64,000 bases of DNA from Octopus vulgaris (Eukaryota), in NCBI GenBank assembly GCA_951406725.2, contig OX597815.1, forward strand, positions 66,960,001 to 67,024,000, in the 5' to 3' direction. A program made the position numbers and the translations under genes. This document shows positions 28,057 through 39,895 of the stretch, one piece after another; position 1 is the first letter of the stretch; each line of letters opens with the position of its first letter. The notes below the pieces were generated by a model. It ran no database searches. It was not told the origin of the DNA and was given only the letters and a program-made list of their open reading frames with translations.

Positions 28057-30522
28057 TGCAAATTTTAGAAGAAAGAGAAATAAAATGAAAAAAAATAAAT
28101 TAAATACTATATTCATTATATGGAAAGTAAAATAATTGAATCTGAAAGTTTACTCTAAAATAGAAAATATTAAAAGTTTGTTTCATTCAGCAGACTTTTG
28201 GAGGGAACTGCAATAAGATAGATATTTCTTTTATACCAAGGTCCAGCTGCACATTGTTCTTTTTTTATATCAAAGATTTTGATATCAGCAACTAAGAAAA
28301 CACTTGTGGTCCTATGTCCCACCACAGACAAAGAATATTAATAAAAATACTACTAATAACTTACAAACTAATATTTATATAATCTCAACATATCTTGTAG
28401 ATATTTGGCCACAGATGGAATTAAAAAACAAAAAAAAAACAAAACAACCAATAACACATGAAAGGTTATTCAACGATTACTGGAAATATTTCAAACTATT
28501 CACTTGTTTACAAAATTTTTGAAGTAAAAAAAAATAAAAAACCTTAATTTTCAAGCTGATAAGCATAGATTAAGCAAAGGACTAAATACCAGATTTTCTT
28601 GACTTATGATGATGATGATGATTGTTCAGTCTTACTTATTCCAGACACTTAACGAACATGCTACACTATAACAGCGAATCTGATGCTTTAAAACAGCAGG
28701 TTTAAAATCCTGCAAAGGTTGTAAAACAAAACCAAGTGCCAGTATTATGTTACATTAAAGCCACTTGTTTATTCTGCTGTTCTTCATGACTGGTCAGCCT
28801 CCCATCCCTTATCTACCCCTCCATGTTCCTCAATCTCTACAGTTACTCTTCCCTACCTCTAATATTTATCACTCAACACTTGTTCTTATTGCCATCTCAG
28901 CTATTTCCCATATCTCATTCTTTCATACTGTAGCAAGCTCCAATTTACTTCTACTCACCCCATAGCTTGAGCAGTCACCCAGGCATCACATCAGCACTAT
29001 TTTATCTCTTTCCAGCTTCACCCAATCACACTGACCTTCTCTTCTAAAATGTGAGTAGGCATGTTGTGAATCCTTTACAGCAAGAAAGATGTTCTACTCT
29101 GGACCCTTCTCTTATATTTTAACTCATCTCTTGACATAAAGCTAGCTCTTTCCGAATTCATAGTCTTGAAAGCTGCATGGTGACCTCACTAGCGTTCATG
29201 TCATGATAAAAAAAAAAAGGAGAGCACAGAGCACGTGCAGTAAAGCATTTGGTATTAGGAATGGCATCCAATCCTAGAGACCATGTCAAAGCAGACAGTG
29301 AAGCAAGATGAAGTCCTTGGACCCATCAAATCCTGTCAAACCATCCAACACATGCCAGCATGTAACATGGATGTTAAATGATGATGAAAATGTCTATTCC
29401 TTTGCTCCTTATAAAAGACAGAAAGGGGTTCTGGTGATAGGGTAACATATCTCTATTGCTATGGTGTATGAACTGAGCCCGTTTATTACATTAGTTCCCT
29501 ATGTTATGACATTAATGTCTCTCCTTGGGAAAGTGGACTTCACTCATGCCACAATCCACAATCAATACATCATTTCGGTGAATTTTGCTCAATAAGGCTC
29601 AAGCACCAATGTGACATTCAGAAAACCTGCCCACAAACATGGGTATTGGAAGTGATCAGCCATCTGTGAAATATTTGGTAAAAACCTTCACCAAATCTAT
29701 AGATTGAAATGTGATATAGCATATATTAGAGCTGAGAGGTATGTAGAAAACTGTTGTTCTAATGTATTAAGTTTTAGTGCTTAGTTTTGAGTTCAAATTC
29801 TAAAGGTGATTGAAAATCCCTTTTCTAAGAAAATTGGCATTTGTCTGAAGAAAAACATATCCACCCTGGGGTACATAGAATGAGATTTTATAGAAGGAAA
29901 CTTAATTACTAAACTCAACATTTTAGTTAACAACACAAGCCAAATTTATGCTCATTGAATGTATGCACATATACATACACATGAATGTGCTGGCATGCAT
30001 AGGAGTATGCACAAATGACAAAGTTTTTCAATCAAGTCAAACTTGAATTTAAAAATCACACAATCCAAAATAACTTTGTCATGAAATGCTGCTTCATTTA
30101 ATAGTTATTTTTTTATTGTATAAAGCTTCTTAAGAGAAGAGACCACTCAGTCGATAAACATGGAAACAAACACTAAATTAATTAATGATCTGTAATCCAC
30201 TGGGTCATCGAGATATTTGTTAAGGACTCTAAAGACTTCAATCTTCATGCTAGTGATTACTCTTTAATTTGCAGGTATAAAAACCTAGAATTTTTATACT
30301 GCTAAATAACAAATTGTGGGGTTGATGACTTTCCAAAGGTTCTTAGTGAGAGTACAACAAAGTGAAAATAACTCCAGCAGGAAAGTGAAACTGTGGCCAT
30401 GAATTTGGGTTTCCATGAGCCACCTACATTTTGATACCATTTTTGTTAAACAAAATATTACATCCATCACCACCTCACTACTACTAAGCAGTTATAAGAG
30501 ATCAGAAAGCTCTATTTAATGT

Positions 30523-30559
<37 letters not shown>

Positions 30560-30560
<1 letters not shown>

Positions 30561-30910
30561 AGCACATATTCACTTCCTGTCCCAGGTAGACATATTCCTT
30601 TACCTCCTCTATTTCATCACTGCCAATCACCATTCAACCTGTTGGTACGTTGTCTGACTGTATGAACTTCGTTTTCATGCGGTTCATCTTGAGACCTACT
30701 GCAGAGCTTTTGATGTCGAGCTCTGTCAGCATGGTCTTAAGCTGATCCATGGACCTGTGCAGTTGTCGAGTGGAAAGCCTCCACGACGGTAGAGTTATGA
30801 TTTCAGGAGTGCGATTGGGATTAAGTGGATGAGAAAGGCGCAATCCAGCGGGCTGTGACCAGCAGTGTCAAATGGACACCTGATGGACTGGTCGGTCAAG
30901 GTGATCAAGG
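30560..30910 (-). mobile_element. RTE-type RT fragment between two (TA)n tracts
   Basis: QLKTMLTELDIKSSAVGLKMNRMKTK followed by a yvYLG-like segment. Confidence 0.7.
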
Positions 30911-30972
30911 TGATATATATATATATATATTTCTGCATTAGATGAAGAAATGGTAACAAGTGAAAATTCTAT

Positions 30973-31151
30973 AAATAATAATAATTATAAGCTTTAAGCT
31001 TATAAGTGTTTATAGTATATTGTTTAAAGAAAATAGTCTAATAATGGGGCATATATTTTTTCTGTTGAGGGTTTATATGCCCCAATATTTGACTACTTTC
31101 TTTAGCATGGTGAATACTTATAAGCTTAAAGCTTATAATTATTATTATTTA
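30973..31151. repeat. ~180-bp palindromic element
   Basis: aaataataataattataagctttaagcttataagt pairs with acttataagcttaaagcttataattattattattt; inner arms ggggcatat/atatgcccc. Confidence 0.85.
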
Positions 31152-32055
31152 AGAATATATATATAAACTTTAAATGAGACCAAGGGACTATTAGTTGTGT
31201 AGTTTAATGAGCAACTATTTGGATGACAACAACATGATGATGAAAGGGTATTGGAGAAAGTTTGAAACTGTAGGTTGATGAACTTATGTTTACTGCAGTC
31301 AAATCAATCAATATCTCACAGTTCATAAGTTCAAATCCCTCTAGGTTGAATATAATTTCATCCAGCTGAAGTTTATGAAAAATAAACTTGACATTATTAC
31401 CTCTCTATGAAAATATACCCCAGCCACCCCTAAAATATTTCATCAAAAGAAATCATTATCATCATAGTCATTTACTGAAATGAATGTTGTATAAAATCAT
31501 TGCTTTAATAAGATTCCTTTAAAAATAGGGGTGGGCAGGTCAAACAGAAAAAAACTTGTGTGGCGAAATATCTATAATAGTGCCGCAGGCAATGAAAATA
31601 CTACGGAGAATGCAAAAATAAAAAAAAGTAACACTGATTTCTGATACAAGTGATGATTAAGAAAGAACTATTAACATTGGTTCTGTTGTTTTTCTTACAT
31701 GGCAACAGGTTTGACTAAGTGCAAAAACCAGATTGTAAACAACAGTTAGGAAAAAAAATAATAAATATAATAATATGCAAACTCATTTGAACAGAGTGAA
31801 TGGGCAAAAATGTAGAAATGAAAATAGTCTTAATGAATTCTGTCTTCCTTGCGTAGAAGACAAGAATTAATCATGAGAAAGGCATTCCACTGATTCTAGA
31901 ACACAAATGTATGTATCAAGACCAAAAATTGTTAACTGTCAGTAGGATCAATAGAGAAAGAGACAGAGATAGAAAGAGAGAAACAGAGAGAGAAAGAAAG
32001 AAGAGGGGTGGAGGGGGAAAAGGTAAAGAGATATTAAAAGGGACACTAAACTCAC

Positions 32056-32067
32056 CAATGAATCCTT
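32056..32067 (-). CDS. MICU1: Candidate MICU1 microexon, 12 nt (KDSL)
   Basis: ttatttatttcatctctttttTGCctttag|AAGGATTCATTG|gtgagt; phase 0-0; same length and intron as the vertebrate MICU1.1 microexon. Confidence 0.6.
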
Positions 32068-32610
32068 CTAAAGGCAAAAAGAGATGAAATAAATAACAAA
32101 ATTTTGCTATTTATTTTTGGAAGGAAAAGGTTAAGAAAAGAAAAAAACAAAACGCAAAACAGTTTCATATTATATATAAAGAGAAGGAAAATGTTCACAT
32201 TATGTATAAAAAAAGAAACAAAGAACGCAAGAGAATTAAGGATAACTGAAACTTATATATATAAATATATATTAAAAAAAGCTTCATTCCAACTGCAATT
32301 AGAGAATATAAAATGGTTGAAAGAAAACAAAAACTACAACACTACATATTTATTTGAATCTAGAACACATACATTCTATAATAGCCATACAAATATAAAT
32401 ATACAGTCATAGTGACAGAATTGTTAAACAAACAGTATTAGACTAATATACAGAACAAGTGAACTATATTGATAATCACCTATCTATTCATTCTCAATAT
32501 GTTCTGTCAGATTTGCATGTGACTATCTGGTGCATGTCATGAAATAGTCTGAATTTTCTAACAAAGCAGAGTTGATACAATTGTGCTACCAGCAAACCAA
32601 CTGAACTTAC

Positions 32611-32649
32611 CATTTGTAAACAAGAGACAATGAAACAAGATAGCATAAA
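32611..32649 (-). CDS. MICU1: Weaker candidate MICU1 cassette exon, 39 nt (FMLSCFIVSCLQM)
   Basis: atttttctcag acceptor, ATG|gtaagt donor, in frame; exon body is U-rich and intron-like. Confidence 0.25.
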
Positions 32650-34065
32650 CTGAGAAAAATATACTGAACTAAAATTGTCAATTATTTCAAAGTGTTGTCC
32701 TTTCCTTGTTTCATGATGAATGAGTTTCACAAAGCAAAAGGTAGTTTCATAAAAGTGTTTGTGTTGTTTGTATGTGGTAACAAGATAGTATACAGTATGT
32801 GTAGTGTGTGATGATGGAAGAAACAAGTAAATCAACTGGGCAAAGAAATTTAAATATTCAAATATCAACAGTTAGAAAAAAAAATGTGTATTGAGAAATA
32901 ACTTAGTAAGATATAGGTTCCCATAAAACCACATGCCATAGGAATAACACTGTGTATATATTTAAACTACTATCCACATAGAGAATTGATGTCTAAGCAT
33001 CAAAGGATAAATCCACAGTAATTAATATCTCAATTCATGACAGGTCATTGAACTCCAGCTCATTATTACAGTAAATCCAACTGGGACTGACTTGTGTGTA
33101 TTTACATAATCTGCTAAAAAGATCTTTGAAAGCAACATATTTGGCTAAAAAGTAATAAACTTCACATTGTTCAAACTATATTTATATATAGTTAGAGTAT
33201 GAACTGCAGGTAAAATTTATGCTTTTCTGTTAAATATCTATAGTTTGCAGATTATTAAATAAGTTTAAACACAGTCCAATATCACAGTCATCGAATTTGA
33301 TTTTGATATATTTTTAGTTTACATGGAAAGTATAAATACAAGTTGCTCACAAGATGACACAATGCTAAATATTTTTTTAAATTAATGATTATAAAATTAA
33401 GCAAAATAAAAAACAAAACATTCTGAAATTAGTAAGTGACTAAGTAATTGCTACATCTTTCTTTATACTCTTTTGTTGACATTTAAAAATTATACAAGTA
33501 GACCTGCATTAACTGATTAAGTGTTGAATATCAATCCAAAATTGGTTTATATATATTCCTTTTTTCTTTGTTAGTATTGTGCTGTATTAATAGTAAAGTA
33601 CATTGTTCTAGCTGGTTCAGTCTATTTGGCTGCAAATAGGTACTATGGATAAGTATAACCCAAACTGCCAACAACTGAAATAGTGTAAAATGAACAAGTG
33701 ACTTCTGTTTTTAACTTAATAATAATTCAAGCTTATTAATACTAGAGGTGTGGTTCTTTAGAAGAATGCTGAAATTATTCTACATAGAGTGACAAATATC
33801 AGGGGCCTTGGATGAGCAAAGATAAGTAAGAAGTTTCTCAACAATATATGGAGGAGACAACAGGCTAAGTCTGTGGAAATGAAATAAGAAGAAAAAACAT
33901 CAAGCACTGAGTAACAACTGAGACACTGACAAGGAAGAAGAAGCCAGGAAAATCAGAGATACTTGACAGCCTTAGCATCTGGTTTTAGAAAGACCAGCCC
34001 AATAATGTGCTAATTTTGCTGACATGATGGCATGAATGTCCATGATTGACAATACCTGTAGGTAT

Positions 34066-34108
<43 letters not shown>

Positions 34109-36617
34109 AAGGAATTCATCTGAGTCTTCCAGTGGAACAAGATTAGGCAAAAGAAAACAACAGTATATTCTCTTCAAGAGGATCCTGAAAGTGCTACACT
34201 CACAAGGATTTTAATCACTACAAAAAACACCTTAAACAACAAAAAGTTGATAAGAGAAACAACAACACAGCTATATAATATATTGATTTACGTTTAATTT
34301 GTAAATAAATTATTTTGTAGATTATTAAAATGAACAGAAAAACTGTTTAAAAAAAATTAAAATTTAATCCTAAGGTATCCATTTCATAAATATACATTAA
34401 AACTATTTCCATATTTCAGTTAATTAACAGTTAATTACTGTTAAACACAATTTGTTTTCACTATTGATAATGGATCAATACTGATTGTAATAGAGAGATC
34501 CTCACTAGAATTTAATATAAAAGTAAAATTTTAATGAATTTTTAATGAAATACATGTGTAAATTACACAGCTTCTTTCACCAAATAAACTTCACAGGTAG
34601 TATATTACAAATGTATATCAAATGGGTGTGTGTATATAGTGTAAATTAATTCATATTTAACTCAGAAGAGTATATAAACATAAGTGCAACAGGAATATAA
34701 AATAAGTAATTTCATATAAATATAGTGCTGTGTGAAGTATAAAGCTCACATGTGTATTATAGAGACAAACATAACTGAGAAATACCAAGCTTTTACTTAA
34801 TGACAAAGTACCACATTCAAAGCTGTGGGTTTGATAGGTTGATGTTAATGCATGAGAATAGACCAAAAGTTATTTTCATATGATTTTAAGTTGAGAAAGC
34901 AACAACAATAACGAAAAAATTAACCAAACAATAACTAAAAATGATATAACATTTAACATCAAATGAAATAAAGATTATTTTAACTGAGCTGGAATCAAAA
35001 AGCACAATGTAAATTTAAAACAAGAAGAATGACAAAACCTTACATTATTAAAACAAAAAGATACAAATCCATTAATTTACCTGGGTAAATGAATATCATG
35101 TCAACAAAGACATAACTTCAATACATACATATACACACTTATAAGATACATTACACAATATAAATCAATATTTATGTCAATAAAAGAAAATTATCTCTAT
35201 AAAATTGTTGATATAGTGTAAATTTTGATTGATAATATTATCAATGTTACAACTAAACTATTATCCATTTAATATATATTAACAGCTTCCTCAGTTTATT
35301 CCAGAGAGACACCTGCTCTACCCAACCTCTACTTATCCACTTAACACTTATTCATCATTATACTCACCTTCTTACCCAGACTCCAACACTCACTCTACTA
35401 TACAATCTCACACTCCTGGATCTACTGCTCCAATTCATTTCTACTAACCTTGTACCTCATCCTTATCTATTTTATCTCTTTTCCATTCCACAATGATCAC
35501 CCCCTCCACCCTCTCTTCTGAAATGTGTTTAGCTACGTGATTCCTTAACAGCAAGAAACCTGTTCTGCTCCCTTCTCTCATTCTTTAACCACCCCAATAC
35601 TTCATCTCTTAGCATAAAGCCAACTCTCATGGTGTTTATAGTTTTGCAGGCTGCATGGCAACCTTGCTAGTGCTAGTGACATGCAAAACAGCACCGTCAT
35701 CAAAAGGGCATCCAGCCATAGAAACCATGCCAAAGTAAACATTGGAGCATGAAGTGGTCCTTGAACCTGCTGGATCATGTCAAACAGTTCAACCCATGCC
35801 AGTATGGAACATGGATGTTAAATAATGAGATATTAAATATATGACAGACGGAAACATAAAAATCTATGCAATACACATAACACAGATCAAGTGTATGCTA
35901 CACTTTTATGCTTTGAGCAAGTACATGTGTACAATGAATGTAGCTTTGGTTTACATTGCTGTCTTGACTGGTTTTCTTCTCTTTTATCCCTTTCCAATGA
36001 ATTGTGTAACCGAGTACAGTATACAATATACTCATTATTATATTATTAATGTAGAAAAACAAACCCCTTCAAAATAATGCATTACTTATCTACAACATAA
36101 AAAATATTAAACAGACATATGACATACACTGCTTTTTTTCCAGCAGCATATATGTATCTTAGTGTTTATATACATACACACACACATCCGATCATCCTTT
36201 CTCTCCACCCACTATTGTTTGTGTCTATACATGGGACTTTAAGTATTGCCTGATGGTTTAGTCAGGGATTGAATAAATTGTCTCATGAAACTTGAAGTTT
36301 CAGTCAAGCACAAATTCTATAAAGAATTTGATGCTACTTTCAGGAGGGAATCCCTGCCACCAGTAAATACTCCCTTGTTATTCTTAAACTTACTTTAAAA
36401 TAATAACATCAATTTAATGTATATACATACATACAAATACATAACTACATGTATATATGTGTGTATTTTCAAGAAAGAAATGCTTACTTAAGAAACAAAC
36501 AAAATAGAAAAAACCCAAAAACATAGTAAAATGGAACAAAAAGATGACATGATACAAATTTCAAGACAACCCAGATAAATAAAATCAAATTGATAAAAGA
36601 ACATAAACGCAACTTAC

Positions 36618-36655
36618 CTTAGGATCAAATTTACGAAACTGATCTAAACCAAGAC
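36618..36655 (-). CDS. MICU1: MICU1 coding exon 4 ((G)LGLDQFRKFDPK)
   Basis: tttttttcag/gtaagt, 38 nt, phase 1-0; matches human HLGLDQYIIKRFDGK. Confidence 0.95.
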
Positions 36656-36782
36656 CTGAAAAAAAATGAAGTTATTATGAGCTACAAGGACAAGTCTTTG
36701 AAACCTAATAAAAAAAGGAAGCAAAAAAGTAAATCTAAATAAAACTACATGTACTCATATGTATACACATATATCTTCCTTT

Positions 36783-36821
<39 letters not shown>

Positions 36822-37007
36822 AATAATAATAATAATTGTGTACAGTGCTCAGGTGCACTACAACTCATCTAAAGTGTATATATAATCAGGTGTAGTTTCG
36901 GCGGATTTCGGAAAGCATGAGGGCCTTAAAGGATGCAGTGTCATGGCAGTCAACAACTGACGCAGGTAGTTTATTCCATGCTTCAGCAACTCTGAGCGTG
37001 AAAAAAT
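36822..37007 (-). mobile_element. CR1-type LINE 3' end
   Basis: FFTLRVAEAWNKLPASVVDCHDTASFK motif followed by an (ATT)n tail. Confidence 0.8.
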
Positions 37008-37538
37008 GCACACACATATATATGTATATACAAATATTTATATACACACACGATTCTATTTCACTTTTTATTAGTCAGTTGGTTAAGTAATGAACCACTT
37101 GACTAACTGATTGTTTGATTTGGTCAATCAATCAGCTGGGTTTATCAAAGCTCTTTCATTGCCATTCATTGACCTCATTAATAGCATGCACTGGCAGACC
37201 TGAAGTAGGGTAGGTATGTCATTGAAAAGTCTGCAAATGGAAACAAACAACATTGATTGTATGTTGCTGATGCTTGTTTATAACCATCATCAGATGAGAG
37301 AGACAAAATAATGTTAATAATAATAATAATGGTTCAAATTTTGGCACAAGGCCAACAATTTCAGAGAAGGGGGCTAGTCAATTACCTTGACCCCAATGCT
37401 CAACTGGTACTTATTTTATTCACTTGAAAGGTTGAAAGGCAAAGTTGACGTTGGTGGAATTTGAACTCAGAATATAAAGATAGATGAAATGCTGCAAAGC
37501 ATTTTGCCCAGTGCAGTAATGATTCAGCCAGCTTGTCA

Positions 37539-37650
37539 ATAATAATAATAACGATAATGATAATAATAACAATAATGATAGTAATAATAATGATAATGAT
37601 AATAATAATAACAATAATAATAATAATAACAATAATAATAATAATAACAA
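37539..37650. repeat. (AAT)n-type degenerate trinucleotide repeat between two SINE copies
   Basis: direct reading; produces the spurious poly-L and poly-I ORFs. Confidence 0.9.
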
Positions 37651-37651
37651 T

Positions 37652-37866
37652 CTTTTCTACTCTAGGGACAAGGCCTGAAATATTTTTTAGAGGGGGCGTT
37701 GATCACATCAACTCCAATCTGCAACTGGTACTTAATTTATCGACCCCGAAAGGATGAAAAGCAAAGTCGACCTTGGCGGAATTTGAACTCAGAATGTAAA
37801 GACAGACGAAATACTGCTAAGCATTTCGCCTGGCGTGCTAACGTTTCTGCCAGCTTGCCGCCTTAA
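37652..37866 (-). mobile_element. tRNA-derived SINE (abundant family; also ~8430-8790, 37330-37535, 40735-40910, 57460-57670)
   Basis: minus strand has B-box-like GAGTTCAAATTCC and the shared core cttttcatcctttcggggtcgataaattaagtaccag. Confidence 0.75.
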
Positions 37867-37901
37867 TAATAATGATAATAATAACAACAAAACCACCTTA
37901 C

Positions 37902-38067
37902 CATCAGGTTGTTTCACTCCTGGAGTTATGGAGCGTACAAAATCAGCAGGTGTCATACAAATTTCATATTCACTTGTTTCGGAATTAAGTACTTTCAAGG
38001 TGGCAAAATAACGGAATATTTTGTCTGGAGTAGAATATGCTCGAATTCTGTTTTCATATTCGACAAT
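37902..38067 (-). CDS. MICU1: MICU1 coding exon 3 (IVEYENRIRAYSTPDKIFRYFATLKV...MTPADFVRSITPGVKQPD)
   Basis: ctttccag/gtaagg, 166 nt, phase 0-1; highly conserved EYENRIRAYSTPDKIFRYFATL. Confidence 0.97.
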
Positions 38068-39107
38068 CTGGAAAGAAAGAATAATAAAATATACGCAGTG
38101 TCTGAGAAGAAGTTACTTTTGGTAGGTTTGGAATAAAATTAGGATTCAGCTCACTTAGAAATTTCAATCTCTTGATTGCAAATTATTGCAAACATTAGTC
38201 TAACATTCTTGAAAAGGTACTCTGAGGTTCTTAACTAGGCAGAATCTTTATTGGCTAAGATCAACATATACTTTCTAAAGGAATTTATTTCATTTGAGAA
38301 TAATCATCAACAACATTTAATGTCCATTTTCCATACTGGCATGGGTTAGACAAGATCTGATTAGCCTCAGGATTGCAGAAAACTCCAATGTCAGCTTTGG
38401 TAAGGACTCTACAACTGGATGTCTTTCTTAATGCCAACCACTTTACAGTGTATACCGGGTGCTTTTTGTCATGTCAAGTAACTTGCAAAACAAGAAAAGC
38501 CTAAGTCTCAACTGGGAATGAGTGTAGGTTTATTTGAGAGAACAGGGGAGGTGGCTTTATGCCTGGTGTCGGGAGCTAAAATACAATAGAGTGACAAGCA
38601 CAAGTGTCTTGCTATAGGAGAAACATTGCTACACTGCACTGTCTAAACCTTGTGAGACAGATAAATCTCCAATAAACCAAAAATGAAGTGAAAAAAATGA
38701 AATAAAGAAACAACAGTTGATTGTATTTGACTTGTACACCTGACAAAGGAAGTAATCCTTTCCATAAAAAAAAAAAAAAAAAAAAAAAAGGGACCTTAAT
38801 CTCTTTGTTACCAACCTACCTCAAAATATGATACAAACTTCATGCACAAAGTAATCTAAATCAAAACCTTCCATCAAATTTTCATGTTAATGTTCCGAAA
38901 ACCAGCTTAATAATTATGACATGGTTACTTTACTAAATTCTTCATTATTTCTAAAATTAATTGAAACAAAGGTAGTATGTATTTCAACAGAAATATAACA
39001 AATGGGTTAACCTGAAAGGTCATATCCTTTGGTAATAATGCTAGCCAGCCTCTAGGCTCAAGTAAATCCTATTAAACATGGAGATGCAGTTTTTAGCAAG
39101 CACTGAC

Positions 39108-39246
39108 CTTTCTTTCTCGGAAACCAACTTTCTTCCTTTTTTTCTTCTTATCTTCTTCTTCCCCATCACTCTCCTCAGATGAACTGTTCTTATCAGTTAC
39201 CTCAGGAGGGGCTTCAGCTTTAACTACAAGTTTGTCCTCTTCATTC
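39108..39246 (-). CDS. MICU1: MICU1 coding exon 2 with acidic stretch and polybasic KKKKRKKVGFRERK (EMRE-binding motif)
   Basis: ctacag/gtcagt, 139 nt, phase 2-0; matches human KKKKRSGFRDRK. Confidence 0.93.
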
Positions 39247-39464
39247 CTGTAGGTTAGACAACTCACATAAATTATATTTGATTTGAACACAAAAAGCAAA
39301 TAAAATTGAACAAAAATTTATTTAAAATATTCATTGCTGATAAGGCACACCATAAGGCACAAACTCACATGATCTTTACATAAGATTATTTCATTTCCAA
39401 TACAAATTAGTTAAATTAAAAATTAGTTTAATTAAAATGAAAAATTAAAAAATTTCAAACTTAC

Positions 39465-39895
39465 GCATATATGAGAGTGACAACTAAAATTGACCCTAGT
39501 GTTAATAAATACACAACTGTTGCTTTTGAAATCTTTTGCTTGACTGGAAATGCTGAATATAGGAGTTTGTTGTCAAATTCAAGTTTTTTGTCATATTTTG
39601 CAGAAGATTCATTGGTAGCAAGGTACTCAGTGGCTCTAGAATTCTTAAGAGGGTTGATAATCTTTATAGTAGGGAGTTTGGAAAGACATCGGATATGGAG
39701 AAGATCATTATTCTGAAGTTTTCTTAACAAGTAAATTTTCTTCCATTTTGCAGGTTGAGATTCAAGGTTTGTGGCTACATGGAGACATTTTTGATTTGCT
39801 GTTAAAGTTTTTACTGCTGTAGAACTCAATAGGGAGTCTAGTGAGCCCCTGTAGTATGTGCCAGGGGTCAGCCTACTTCCAAATATGCGAAGCAT
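39465..39895 (-). CDS. MICU1: MICU1 first coding exon (MLRIFGSRL... presequence-like start; hydrophobic segment at end)
   Basis: acceptor ccatttcag 4 nt before the ATG, gtaagt donor at 39464, 431 nt open, phase 2 fits the next exon. Confidence 0.85.

Noticed and set aside
31699-31714. 16-nt AG..GT unit with upstream UGC
   Set aside because: Frame-shifting, short pyrimidine tract and weak donor context (CAT|gtaaga)
37420-37757. Poly-Leu and poly-Ile ORFs
   Set aside because: Translations of an (AAT)n microsatellite plus SINE
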